Source: a virus
Direction: 5' to 3' (one strand)
Virus record (IMG/VR): IMGVR_UViG_3300028886_001504
DNA length: 64,000 nucleotides
Positions 40,503-50,487 of this stretch are shown piece after piece. Each line of letters opens with the position of its first letter. The stretch's first letter is position 1. The notes beneath the pieces were generated by a model that saw only the letters and a list, made by a program, of their open reading frames with translations, searched no databases and had not been told where the DNA came from. A program made the position numbers and the translations under genes.

Positions 40503-41178
40503 TTTTTACACCAGATTCGTTTTCGTATTTTGTGTTCATTGCTGACAAGTCACCAGTAAGTGTAGCAGCAAATGCCATTGTTTTTACATCAGAATCACCA
40601 ACAGTGCAACGATATGAACACAAAGAAGAGTTTACTAAGTCATAAGATTCACCGATATTTGAACGGCTTGAATAGCCTCTGTTAACAAAACCGTAATCCT
40701 TTGCTGCCGTAGCATCAGTAATATCGGTTCCAAGATACAAAAATGTCCAAGAATACTTTTCTTCTTGATGTTTAATCATTTCACGTACCTTGTCAATTGT
40801 GTAATCTTTTGAATGGTTTTCACAGCCATCAGTCATGATAACAACAAGATTCTTTTCTGGGCGTTCTTCTTCCTTCATGTTACGAAGCCATTCACCAACC
40901 TTATCAATTGCATATCCAATACCATCGTTCATTGCGGTAAGGCCATCAGGAGAATAGTTGTTTTTGTCAAGATATTCTACCTCATTTACATCCTTACCAA
41001 TGAACACCTCTTTTACGTTGGTTGCAAACTTAAACAACGAAATAGCGCAAGAACCGTCTTTAACGGCTTTCTGCTCATCAATAACTTTTTTAAAACCACC
41101 GATAACATCTGACTGTGATGGAAACATACTGCCAGATTCATCTACAACAAATACGACATGTACAAAATTTTCTTTCAT
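40486..41178 (-). CDS. vWA domain protein
   Basis: MIDAS VVDESGSM. Confidence 0.65.
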   Translation of the reverse strand: MKENFVHVVFVVDESGSMFPSQSDVIGGFKKVIDEQKAVKDGSCAISLFKFATNVKEVFIGKDVNEVEYLDKNNYSPDGLTAMNDGIGYAIDKVGEWLRNMKEEERPEKNLVVIMTDGCENHSKDYTIDKVREMIKHQEEKYSWTFLYLGTDITDATAAKDYGFVNRGYSSRSNIGESYDLVNSSLCSYRCTVGDSDVKTMAFAATLTGDLSAMNTKYENESGVKIENND

Positions 41179-41210
41179 TTTAATCTCTTTTTACTCTTTT
41201 ATTTTCCATA

Positions 41211-41218
41211 CAAAGATA
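41211..41218 (-). promoter_or_regulatory. Bacteroidota-type -7 element
   Basis: CAAAGATA upstream of minus start 41178. Confidence 0.45.
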
Positions 41219-41243
41219 TACATTTTCGCGGAAAAAACCAAAA

Positions 41244-41507
41244 TTATTTATCTTTCTTCAAAAACTTTTCTGCCACCCACATAGCCACATAACAGCCTAC
41301 GAAATTGGTTGTTGCTTGTACGAGGATTGCTGTCTTTAAATCCACTTCTGAAATGAATTTGATAACAATGGCAGAGAATGTATAACAAATACAGTTTGTC
41401 AGAGAAGCCGTGAACTTGGTTGATTTAATAACCAAAATGCTTCTGAAAATGTGAAGGAACACATTAACAAAAGCAATAATGATATAAACAATTAAACTAA
41501 GCGACAT
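41244..41507 (-). CDS. small membrane protein
   Basis: 87 aa, hydrophobic. Confidence 0.4.
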   Translation of the reverse strand: MSLSLIVYIIIAFVNVFLHIFRSILVIKSTKFTASLTNCICYTFSAIVIKFISEVDLKTAILVQATTNFVGCYVAMWVAEKFLKKDK

Positions 41508-41518
41508 TTGTTTAGATT

Positions 41519-42403
41519 TTAATTAGGCCACATTTTAACAACTTGAATATAAGGATGATTACCACTATAGATTGAATCTGTTGTGGTTAAACTCTCTACA
41601 GTTCTATCATTAAGACATTTAATGAAAGTACCTTTTTCTTCATCAAGAACACTGTTTTCTGTATGTGTGGCATAGGCGTAAATTTTCTTAAAACCAAGTT
41701 CCTTCAACTTCAATGCTGAATAATACATTGTTCCACCATAAGAAATAATATCATCAACCATAAGAACAGAATGACCTTTGACTTCTTCTTTCGAAACTTT
41801 GTTTCCGTTTTCATCATGTACATTCAACCCAAGAATTTTTCCTGTTTCCCAATCACGCTCTTTCACACCATATATTTTTTTAGCAAGAGAAAAATAATCC
41901 TTGTAACGCTTCATCGCTCCCTCATCAGGAAAATAAATGTACTGACCATTCTCCTTAGCCTTCATGTCCCACGCTTTCAACTTTATAGACATATCAACAA
42001 CCCGCAAATTATTGAACAACGCACAAGCAACATTAGAATGAGGGTCTGCTACATATACATTGTCAAAATTCAAAGAATTGATTATTTCCGCAAAATACTT
42101 AAGCGTAAAAACATCTTCTCCGCTCTTAACCCTATCCTGTCTTGCATTTGGACAATAAAGCATGGATAAATTGATAGGGTTCTTTTTAGTGAACGTATTT
42201 TGTATATGCCTTGTTAAAAAATAGATGGTTACAAGTTCTTCATCGTTTTCATAGACCCACCTAATGTCAAACTGAAAATATTTATCAGTGTCAGTATAAG
42301 ATTTTCCAAAAGGAAAAAGTACTCTATCCCTATTGAATTTTAGTAACTGACTCCCATCAGGAAAATGCTCGATGGGAAACTTAACACCATTTAGATAAAT
42401 CAT
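41519..42403 (-). CDS. prs: ribose-phosphate pyrophosphokinase-like (PRPP synthetase)
   Basis: PRPP-binding VLMVDDIISYGGT; N-terminal FPDGSQLLKF. Confidence 0.6.
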   Translation of the reverse strand: MIYLNGVKFPIEHFPDGSQLLKFNRDRVLFPFGKSYTDTDKYFQFDIRWVYENDEELVTIYFLTRHIQNTFTKKNPINLSMLYCPNARQDRVKSGEDVFTLKYFAEIINSLNFDNVYVADPHSNVACALFNNLRVVDMSIKLKAWDMKAKENGQYIYFPDEGAMKRYKDYFSLAKKIYGVKERDWETGKILGLNVHDENGNKVSKEEVKGHSVLMVDDIISYGGTMYYSALKLKELGFKKIYAYATHTENSVLDEEKGTFIKCLNDRTVESLTTTDSIYSGNHPYIQVVKMWPN

Positions 42404-42407
42404 AGTT

Positions 42408-42971
42408 CTATCTGTTTACGATATTAATCTGGCACATTTGCATAGTTTCCAAGGCTGCTTCGTGAGACTCTGGTGTGACACCAGCACAACAATCAGCATA
42501 CACATTGATAGTTGCAGTATCATAAAGTTTGGCTTTTGCTAAAAGAACGTTTGATACAACACAAATGTCTGTGCAGAAGCCAACAAAGTCCACGGTTACA
42601 TCATCATTACAAAATGAGTCCATAAACAACCTATCAGCCAAATCATATGAACCAAAAGTAGGCTTTTCAAGGTATTCAATATGCACACCCCTTGCTTTTG
42701 CGTTGTCAAGCGCTTCCTTAATTGAAGGTTCAACCAACCAGCCATTGGTGTATTTTACACAGTGAGTAACAGGAAGTTTCTTACCCTCATTGGTTTCGAG
42801 ATAATCCGTGTCATGAGTGTCCAAGGTAACATAAATAGCCTTACCTTCGAACTCATTAATCTTCTTTACGATATTAGGAACGGCCTTGATAGCCTCCTCG
42901 TTTCGCAATGCCCCCGTGATAAAATCGTTTTGCGTATCAATTACGCAGAGAATTACTTTTTTCATTTCCAT
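42408..42971 (-). CDS. pncA: isochorismatase-family hydrolase, nicotinamidase-like
   Basis: CVIDTQNDF motif. Confidence 0.6.
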   Translation of the reverse strand: MEMKKVILCVIDTQNDFITGALRNEEAIKAVPNIVKKINEFEGKAIYVTLDTHDTDYLETNEGKKLPVTHCVKYTNGWLVEPSIKEALDNAKARGVHIEYLEKPTFGSYDLADRLFMDSFCNDDVTVDFVGFCTDICVVSNVLLAKAKLYDTATINVYADCCAGVTPESHEAALETMQMCQINIVNR

Positions 42972-42992
42972 GTTATTTTGTTTTTAACGCCA

Positions 42993-43000
42993 CAAAGATA
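42993..43000 (-). promoter_or_regulatory. Bacteroidota-type -7 element
   Basis: CAAAGATA upstream of 42971. Confidence 0.45.
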
Positions 43001-43021
43001 ATAATAATTTCTTTAATCTCC

Positions 43022-43033
43022 AAACTATTTATT
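43022..43033 (+). promoter_or_regulatory. orphan AAACTATTTATT motif with no downstream + ORF
   Basis: Followed ~15 nt later by a terminator hairpin. Confidence 0.35.
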
Positions 43034-43048
43034 GAAAATAATTAAAAA

Positions 43049-43078
43049 AGCCATAAGAGAAATCCTATGGCTTATTTG
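43049..43078. terminator. bidirectional hairpin agccata...tatggct
   Basis: U-runs on both strands. Confidence 0.5.
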
Positions 43079-43168
43079 TTTAACAATATCCTTACTGTTT
43101 TTTTAACCATCCGCTTTATGTCGGATTCTGTTTTTTGATATTAACAACTTTTAAGCATCTACAACTGT

Positions 43169-44047
43169 TCAGCCAGATGGAATACCGTCTGCACCTGTTG
43201 TCCAACCTGACATATTTGAACTTTTAACAAAAGTTCCTGTGTTTCCTACACCTTCTACCCATTCAGTTGTACTGGATGGAAAGTATCTGGTTGCGAGGCA
43301 TTTGATGTAATTTAAACTAGCGCAATCACAAAACATTTGATAATAACAAGAACTCAATATGGTTGTTGCGGGTAATTCAGGTGCTTTTGTTAATGATGTA
43401 CAACTTCTAAACATATATTGATAGCAAGCTTGTTCTAAAGTAGTTGCGGGTAATTCAGGTGCATTAACGAGGCTAGTGCAATTATAAAACATCCCATAAT
43501 AACAGCAATAAGTTAAAGTAGTGGCTGGCATAATTAATTTACTAGCATCTGTTAACCCAGTACAATAAATAAATAACCCATTAAAATTATACATATCTTG
43601 TAGTGTTGTAGCGGTAGCAAAACCAGCGCTACTAATCATACTCATTATGTTACCTTTTACTTTAAATTGACATGTTGTACCGTAAAAACTGTTAGACTGA
43701 CTTTCTCTATTGTCGCCATATGTTGTATTATCCCCCCTAAACTGAACAGTATCACCCGAAACAACGCTTATAGATACGCCTTCTGTATTAGCTGTTATAC
43801 TTGTCCATTCTCCGTTATTCTTCTTGTATTCAATTGTTTTTGGTGTACAATTTTGTGCTATTCATATAATATTACCATCGCCAGTTACTTCAAATGTAAG
43901 TGGTGTGCACAGAAGTTTTTCATAACCTGATTTGTTATAATCAACCCCTTTCCCTTCGGTATAAGAGACTCAAGGTTCTAAATAACTATTATCTCTTGCC
44001 TCCGTATAAGCAGATTGTGATTCAAAGTAATGCGTGTATTTTCCCAT
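43169..44047 (-). CDS. BspA-type leucine-rich-repeat protein; 2 in-frame TGA
   Basis: Track ORF 43169..43645 continues upstream in frame to ATG 44045-44047 across TGA at 43862-43864 and 43970-43972; repeats ..ATTL..CY.YMF..CTSL..APELP. Confidence 0.5.
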
Positions 44048-44058
44048 AACTATAATTT

Positions 44059-44071
44059 TCTCTATAAATAG
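44059..44071 (-). promoter_or_regulatory. AACTATTTATAGA promoter-like motif (minus orientation)
   Basis: Reverse complement of ctctataaatagtt, 12 nt upstream of ATG 44047. Confidence 0.4.
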
Positions 44072-44089
44072 TTGATACGCTACAAAACA

Positions 44090-44791
44090 CTAGAATTTAA
44101 TCATGAAGGTTCCACCGTGTATATGGTTTTTGTTTGTGTAATCATACTGGTATAAGTATGAGAATCCGTATTTATCTTCGAAGAACATACCAACCTGACC
44201 GACAACAGATGGCATTGTTGTAATACCAGCACTTACAAACGGACTAAATTTCTTTAGCATCATATTATCATACTCTATCTGTTTAATTACAGGTACAAAT
44301 GTATAGTCAAGATGCCTCAGTTGGTTGTTTGAGATAATTATGTCAACATCACAACGGCCAAGTGTATCTTCATTAAATAATGTTTGGTAATATTCTCTTT
44401 CTTTAACCCAGTCTTTTGCTATTGCGGTAAATATTTTCAATGAGTCATCCTTTGTAGTTGGGTTAATATAAATCAAACTATCTTTTGTTGGAAAAAGTTC
44501 ATCAAAGAGACCATTTGCGACACAATATTTAATTAAATCACCAGTATCAACCTCTGCTGGTATTCTAACCTCTACAGGATATGGTACAGGAACTTCTTGT
44601 TTGACAGTATCCCCAGGAATGTAGATTGGTGGTTTTTCACCAGGCATTTTAATGGTTTTCCTTCCAATGAAGAAACCAACGCCTAATAGTAATATTGCTA
44701 AAGCGATAATCCCGCCTATTTTTCAATTGTTTCTTTGTGTGGTGTTGACATTTATTACTGTTGCGCCACTATTTGTCATATCATTTTCCAT
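44090..44791 (-). CDS. N-terminally membrane-anchored protein; 1 in-frame TGA
   Basis: Track ORF 44090..44647 extends in frame to ATG 44789-44791 through TGA 44723-44725, adding a TM helix IGGIIALAILLLGVGFFIG. Confidence 0.45.
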
Positions 44792-44829
44792 AACTAATCT
44801 TTTTTAAATAAATACTTTACAAAAAGAAA

Positions 44830-44852
44830 GCCGTAATCACTTACGGCTCTCT
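44830..44852. terminator. hairpin agccgtaa...ttacggct
   Basis: 3' of dnaK. Confidence 0.45.
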
Positions 44853-44869
44853 TCGAAAAATGTCAGTTA

Positions 44870-46759
44870 TTACTGTTTTGGTACACCACTAAACGGGTCA
44901 AAATTACCACCAGCAAAAGGATTGAAATCTGTTCCACCGCTGGTTTGTCCAGTGTTTCCAGCAGAATAAAGTCTACTTGAAATAGGTGTCCACTTATCTG
45001 TATTCTCTTTGATAAGTTCCTTGATTCTTTCAATGTTCTTTTCTTTTACTGCATCAGCCAGTTTCTCATTAATTTCCTTGATACTGTTTTTCTCATCTTC
45101 CGTGAGTTTTTCATCAAGGTCTTTAAGCATCTTTTCATTGGAGAAAACCGTTGCATCACCTGCATTCAAGACATCTACTTCTTCTTTTGCTTTCTTATCA
45201 TTTTCCGCGTTTTCCTCTGCCTCTTTCTTCATCCTTTCAATCTCTGCATCAGAAAGGCCAGAAGACGCTTCAATTCGAATATCTTGCGATTTACCAGTTG
45301 CCTTATCAACAGCAGATACTTTCAAGATACCGTTAGCATCAATATCAAAAGTAACCTCAATCTGCGGAACACCTCTTGGTGCTGGCATGATTCCATCAAG
45401 ATGGAAGATACCAATCTGTTTGTTGTCCTTTGCCATAGGTCTTTCACCTTGCAGCACTTTGATTTCAACACCTGGTTGGTTATCAACTGCCGTTGTGAAA
45501 ATCTGGCTTTTCTTCACAGGAATAGTGGTGTTAGCCTCAATCAATTTGGTGAATACGGCTCCATTAGTTTCAATACCAAGTGAAAGTGGTGTTACATCAA
45601 GCAACAGAACGTCAGTGACATCACCAGCAAGGACACCGCCTTGTATTGCAGCACCCATAGCAACTGCCTCATCGGGATTTACACCCTTGTTAGGCTCCTT
45701 ACCAAAAATTTGTTTTACCGTCTCTTGTATTTTTGGTATTCTTGTGGAACCACCAACAAGAATTACTTCATCAATTTCGTTAGTTGTTAAATCTGCGTCT
45801 TTAATTGCTTTTTCACAAGGTTCAATTGTGCGTTTAATGATATCTTCGCACATTGTTTCGAACTTTGCCCTTGTTAAAGACATTACTAAATGTTTTGGAA
45901 CACCGTCAAGTGCTGTGATATAAGGAAGATTGATTTCAACGGATGAGTTGGAAGACAATTCAATCTTTGCTTTTTCAGCCGATTCCTTCAATCTCTGGAG
46001 AGCCATAGGGTCTTTTCTCAGGTCAATGTTTGCATTGTCTTTTGCAAACTCGTCTGCCATCCAGTCAATGATTTTCTGGTCAAAATCATCACCGCCAAGA
46101 TGCGTGTCACCATTAGTTGAAAGCACTTCGAACACACCGTCACCAAGTTCGAGGATGGAAATGTCAAACGTGCCTTGTCCTAAGTCAAAAACCGCAATTT
46201 TACTGTTTTCTTTCTGTTTATCAAGACCATAAGCCAAAGCAGCAGCCGTTGGTTCATTAATAATACGTTTCACATCAAACCCAGCAATTGTACCAGCCTC
46301 TTTTGTTGCTTGCCTTTGACTATCAGAGAAATATGCAGGTACTGTGATAACAGCCTCTTTTACTTCTTCACCAAGATAATCCTCTGCACACTTCTTAAGA
46401 TATTGAAGAATACTTGCTGAAATCTCTTGTGGTGTGTACAATTTACCTTCAATATCAACACAAGGTACATTGTTACTGTTTTTCTTAACATCAAAACTTG
46501 AACGTTTGATTTCTTCTGTTACTTGTTCATATGTCTCACCCATAAATCTCTTGATGGAAGAAACAGTGTTTTTCGCATTTGTAATTGCTTGCCTTTTAGC
46601 AGCATCACCAACCTTTTTATCTTTCCCATTGAAACCAACGACAGAAGGTGTTGTTCTCCCCCCCTCTGAGTTTACAATGATAACGGGTTTACCACCTTCC
46701 ATAACAGCTACTGCTGAACGGCCCGTGCCAAGGTCAATGCCAATAATTTTTTTACTCAT
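44870..46759 (-). CDS. dnaK: molecular chaperone DnaK (Hsp70)
   Basis: [22 protein letters not shown], full 629 aa Hsp70. Confidence 0.95.
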   Translation of the reverse strand: MSKKIIGIDLGTGRSAVAVMEGGKPVIIVNSEGGRTTPSVVGFNGKDKKVGDAAKRQAITNAKNTVSSIKRFMGETYEQVTEEIKRSSFDVKKNSNNVPCVDIEGKLYTPQEISASILQYLKKCAEDYLGEEVKEAVITVPAYFSDSQRQATKEAGTIAGFDVKRIINEPTAAALAYGLDKQKENSKIAVFDLGQGTFDISILELGDGVFEVLSTNGDTHLGGDDFDQKIIDWMADEFAKDNANIDLRKDPMALQRLKESAEKAKIELSSNSSVEINLPYITALDGVPKHLVMSLTRAKFETMCEDIIKRTIEPCEKAIKDADLTTNEIDEVILVGGSTRIPKIQETVKQIFGKEPNKGVNPDEAVAMGAAIQGGVLAGDVTDVLLLDVTPLSLGIETNGAVFTKLIEANTTIPVKKSQIFTTAVDNQPGVEIKVLQGERPMAKDNKQIGIFHLDGIMPAPRGVPQIEVTFDIDANGILKVSAVDKATGKSQDIRIEASSGLSDAEIERMKKEAEENAENDKKAKEEVDVLNAGDATVFSNEKMLKDLDEKLTEDEKNSIKEINEKLADAVKEKNIERIKELIKENTDKWTPISSRLYSAGNTGQTSGGTDFNPFAGGNFDPFSGVPKQ

Positions 46760-46807
46760 AGTATTATGTCTTTTAGTTCGTTAAATATAGTTATTTTTTT
46801 CGTAATC

Positions 46808-46898
46808 ACAAAATTATCGAATAAAAGTTAGATAATCGTCAAATATCTAATAAAAACCTGATAATCGTTAATTATCAGTTTTTTGTTTGATAATTATC
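46808..46898. promoter_or_regulatory. dnaK upstream region: -7-like TAATTTTG (as CAAAATTA) plus array of GATAAT/ATTATC boxes including palindrome GATAATTATC
   Basis: Boxes at 46814-19, 46831-38, 46860-67, 46871-79, 46889-98. Confidence 0.35.
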
Positions 46899-47386
46899 TT
46901 GTTTGCATTGCGTCTTATCAAACTGGTGTTCACTTTAGTGAGGATATCCTTCCTACCTTTTCTCTGATAATATCTATACCAAGACTCGCTACGGTCATGT
47001 GTAATTGTCTTATCAACAATTGCATCCTCTATCACCTTTGCAAGCGTTTTTCTTTGTATCATTAACCAATCGTTTTCGCCCTCAAATACAATATAATCGG
47101 CTTTACCATACAGCCAGCCATCTTTTCCGTTAACGTTTTTAAGTTCAATCCACTGTATATCAGGGTTCGGTTTACTATCAGTTCTTTTATCTTTTTTCAT
47201 GCCTTTGACATCTATTGTCACAGGCTTTTTACCATCTTCATAATACCAGATGATGTCAATGTGGTCATTTATATCTGTTTTAGGGTCTGACGGCTCTGCA
47301 AAACCACCAAGCGTGTTACATAATGTTTGTGCAAATTCACCTTCTTTCTTTTTACCTTCTTCAAGGAAGGGTTTAATATCGAACAT
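46868..47386 (-). CDS. hypothetical protein, possible PD-(D/E)XK fold
   Basis: DHIDIIW...IDVKG. Confidence 0.3.
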   Translation of the reverse strand: MFDIKPFLEEGKKKEGEFAQTLCNTLGGFAEPSDPKTDINDHIDIIWYYEDGKKPVTIDVKGMKKDKRTDSKPNPDIQWIELKNVNGKDGWLYGKADYIVFEGENDWLMIQRKTLAKVIEDAIVDKTITHDRSESWYRYYQRKGRKDILTKVNTSLIRRNANKIIIKQKTDN

Positions 47387-47387
47387 T

Positions 47388-48323
47388 TCATTTTATTTTT
47401 TTCTTACTTATTAAATTAAGCAGGTATTTTCCATAAGCATTTTTCTTCATTGTTTCACCTGCTTTAAAAATATCTTCTTTGGAAATCCATTTATTGAGAT
47501 ATGCAATTTCTTCCAAACAAGCAACTTGTAGCCCTTGTCGAACTTCAATTGTTTTCACATAATTTGAAGCGTCCAGCAAACTTTCAAACGTCCCTGTATC
47601 AAGCCAAGCATAACCTCTATCCAAAAGAATCAAATCTAACATCGTACCGCCATCATTTGCAATGGTTGTATTATAATACTTGTTGAGTTCTGTGATTTCA
47701 AGTTCACCTCTTTCTGACGGTTTGATTGACTTTGCAATCTTTGAAACACCTTTAGGGTAAAAGTACAACCCAGTAACAGCAATATTCGATTTAGGTTCTT
47801 GTGGTTTTTCTTCCAAAGATATGACGGAATACAAGGTATTACCTTTGCCAGTGTTTTTTGTTACCTCAGCAACCCCATACCTTTCTGGGTCTGACACCTC
47901 ATACCCAAAAACAACTGCTCTTGGATTTGCTTCGTCCTCAACAATTGATTTAGCAAATAGCAATTTTTTACTAAGCCCTGGCCCATGGAAGATATTATCA
48001 CCAAGCACCATACAAACAGGGTCATCACCTATAAACTCTTCACCAATAATAAACGCTTGCGCCAGTCCTTCTGGTTTTGGTTGCACAGCATATGTTAAAT
48101 TGATTCCAAACTGAGAGCCATCACCAAGTAAACGGCTGAAAGATTCTGAATCCTCTGGTGTAGTAATAATAAGAATATCCCTAATACCAGCCAACATTAA
48201 GACTGATAAAGGATAGTAAATCATCGGTTTGTCATATACTGGTAAGAGTTGCTTTGAAACACCTTTTGTAATGGGCCACAGTCTGCTTCCACTACCGCCA
48301 GCCAATATAATTCCTTTAGTCAT
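47388..48323 (-). CDS. rfbA: glucose-1-phosphate thymidylyltransferase
   Basis: [11 protein letters not shown]; length and pattern of RmlA. Confidence 0.85.
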   Translation of the reverse strand: MTKGIILAGGSGSRLWPITKGVSKQLLPVYDKPMIYYPLSVLMLAGIRDILIITTPEDSESFSRLLGDGSQFGINLTYAVQPKPEGLAQAFIIGEEFIGDDPVCMVLGDNIFHGPGLSKKLLFAKSIVEDEANPRAVVFGYEVSDPERYGVAEVTKNTGKGNTLYSVISLEEKPQEPKSNIAVTGLYFYPKGVSKIAKSIKPSERGELEITELNKYYNTTIANDGGTMLDLILLDRGYAWLDTGTFESLLDASNYVKTIEVRQGLQVACLEEIAYLNKWISKEDIFKAGETMKKNAYGKYLLNLISKKKIK

Positions 48324-48459
48324 TTTCTTCTTCTTTTTTAGGATAATATTCTATTCTGACTTCTTCATCAAAGTCAATATCATCTACATGGTCCTCAATC
48401 CATTTAAGAAACTCTCGTTTTGTTGAGAAATCTCTATATAATCCCACTTCTTTCATATT

Positions 48460-48497
48460 TTGCTAAATATACACTATTTTTCTTGATTTAGCAAATT
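48460..48497. terminator. inverted repeat ttgctaaat...atttagcaa
   Basis: 9-bp arms 3' of the rfbD-like gene. Confidence 0.4.
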
Positions 48498-48500
48498 ATA

Positions 48501-49472
48501 TTATTTATCTTTTTCCCAATACCTGATAGCAAATACACACTCTTCGAGAGCTTCAAGCCAATGTCTTACATAAGGTTTTCCAATGTTGGACACGTACATT
48601 TTTGTTAAATTAAGTACACTATATTCTGGTCTTATTACATTGTCAAAACTCTTTGTTGTCGGAGTAATCATATTAACTTTATCTGACGCTAACAGATTTC
48701 TGATTAGTTCAACCGCGCTTGCCAAATCATACCAGGATGCAGTGCCAAAGTTGGCAAAATTAATGATATTTCCTTCCCCGAAATCACAATTCCTGTTATC
48801 TATGACATCAACAACATATTTTGCTAAATCAACCCCATAAGTAGGCGAACCAACTTGATTGTAAACCACAGAACAAGGCTTGCCATTTTCGATTGCATTG
48901 TATATTGTCTTCACAAAGTTCTTACCAAATTGTGAAAACAACCAAGATACAACAATAACTACGAATCGCGGTTGAATCTTGAATATTTCTCTAACACCGC
49001 GAAGTTTCGAAAGCCCGTAATGGTTGATATATTCCCCTTTGTCTGAATAGAAGACAGTATCTTCTGGCTCCAAAAAATCATATTCTTTTTCTGTAATTGG
49101 TACTGGCTCCCTTTTCATTATGCCATTGAACAAATAACTCTCATACATATAATCTGTGGCAAAATGGATAAGGAAAATATCAAATTTCTTGCAAATTTCA
49201 GCCAGATAGCCAACGCCAATGTGGTTGATTAAATCGGCCTTTTCATACTCTTCATACACTTCTTCTGCTTTTGCTACATTTGTGTATGCTGCACAGTTTA
49301 TGATAACTTTAATGCCCTTGTTCTTTTTCAAATACTTGGACATCATTTTCTTATCACAAATATCAAACTCTTCGTGTGTGGCAAACACATAATTTGTCTT
49401 TTCCTGTGTAATAGAACGAAAACATTGTCCAAGTTGTCCACTTGAGCCAACCACTAACACTTTGTCTGCCAT
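48501..49472 (-). CDS. rfbD: dTDP-4-dehydrorhamnose reductase-like NAD(P)-dependent oxidoreductase
   Basis: Rossmann VLVVGSSGQLG. Confidence 0.55.
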   Translation of the reverse strand: MADKVLVVGSSGQLGQCFRSITQEKTNYVFATHEEFDICDKKMMSKYLKKNKGIKVIINCAAYTNVAKAEEVYEEYEKADLINHIGVGYLAEICKKFDIFLIHFATDYMYESYLFNGIMKREPVPITEKEYDFLEPEDTVFYSDKGEYINHYGLSKLRGVREIFKIQPRFVVIVVSWLFSQFGKNFVKTIYNAIENGKPCSVVYNQVGSPTYGVDLAKYVVDVIDNRNCDFGEGNIINFANFGTASWYDLASAVELIRNLLASDKVNMITPTTKSFDNVIRPEYSVLNLTKMYVSNIGKPYVRHWLEALEECVFAIRYWEKDK

Positions 49473-49945
49473 ATCTCATCAACCACTTTTTTAATCTCAT
49501 TACAAATATCTTTAACGTCTGTTGAATTAACCAACGGTATGAGATATTTCTCACAAGTCATTTTTACATTTGTATATCTATAAAATTTATCATTACAGAA
49601 CACAATCATTCTGCCAGAAGGACCATATAAGCCAAGTTCGAGAAGCGATATTGGAGACTTGGAACCTTCTTTGATTACCATTACAATCAAATCAGACTCA
49701 TCCAGTCTATCCTCTTCCCACTTAATTTGTTTTTCAACAGCATCTGAGCCAGCATTTGCGTCCCAATTCTTCCTTCTTGGATTAAACGCTATAAGAAAAC
49801 GATTTTTGAGTTCGTCATCCATCATATGGATTAATTTTTCTTGCCAATCTTCCGAATCACCATTATCAATGGTTCCAGCAAGAAACACTTTAAAATCATC
49901 GGGATAATACGTTCCCTTTTTATCGGGTCTTATTTCTACTACCAT
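49454..49945 (-). CDS. nucleoside 2-deoxyribosyltransferase-like fold protein
   Basis: VFLAG...NP...SDLIV pattern. Confidence 0.4.
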   Translation of the reverse strand: MVVEIRPDKKGTYYPDDFKVFLAGTIDNGDSEDWQEKLIHMMDDELKNRFLIAFNPRRKNWDANAGSDAVEKQIKWEEDRLDESDLIVMVIKEGSKSPISLLELGLYGPSGRMIVFCNDKFYRYTNVKMTCEKYLIPLVNSTDVKDICNEIKKVVDEIWQTKC

Positions 49946-50486
49946 AATCTTTTAATGTTTGTCTATTTATATCTTTTTTTGAAAGATAGGGCAAAAACCT
50001 ATCTGGTATTGGCCATTTCACATCAATATCTTGGTCAAACCATGCAATACCGTCTTCAAGTTCTGGATAATAGAAATCATCACACTTGTATTGAAACACA
50101 GCATGGTCACTCATAACATAAAAACCATGTGCAAAGCCTTTTGGAATAAAGAACTGTTTGTGATTCTCTGCACTTAAGACAACTGAAACATACTTACCAT
50201 ATGTTTTACTGTTAGGGCGCAAATCAACTGCCACATCAAAAACTTCACCAACAACACATCTTACAAGTTTTGCTTGTGCATGTGGTTCTCTTTGAAAATG
50301 CAATCCTCTTAATACTCCTTGTATTGAGAAACTTTCATTGTCCTGTACTGGATTAAAATCAATGTCAGTTTCCATAAGGAATTCTGCTCTATTGAAAGAT
50401 TCACAAAAATATCCTCTCTCGTCACCATGTAATACTGGGTTAATAATATATACCCCTTCTATTGCAGTTTTCTCGTACTTACTCAT
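49920..50486 (-). CDS. rfbC: dTDP-4-dehydrorhamnose 3,5-epimerase
   Basis: RGLHFQ, cupin RmlC pattern. Confidence 0.8.
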   Translation of the reverse strand: MSKYEKTAIEGVYIINPVLHGDERGYFCESFNRAEFLMETDIDFNPVQDNESFSIQGVLRGLHFQREPHAQAKLVRCVVGEVFDVAVDLRPNSKTYGKYVSVVLSAENHKQFFIPKGFAHGFYVMSDHAVFQYKCDDFYYPELEDGIAWFDQDIDVKWPIPDRFLPYLSKKDINRQTLKDYGSRNKTR

Positions 50487-50487
50487 G

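Noticed and set aside
45009-45923. 304-aa + strand ORF inside dnaK
   Set aside because: It is antisense to an unmistakable Hsp70, with low-complexity S/L/F-rich composition.
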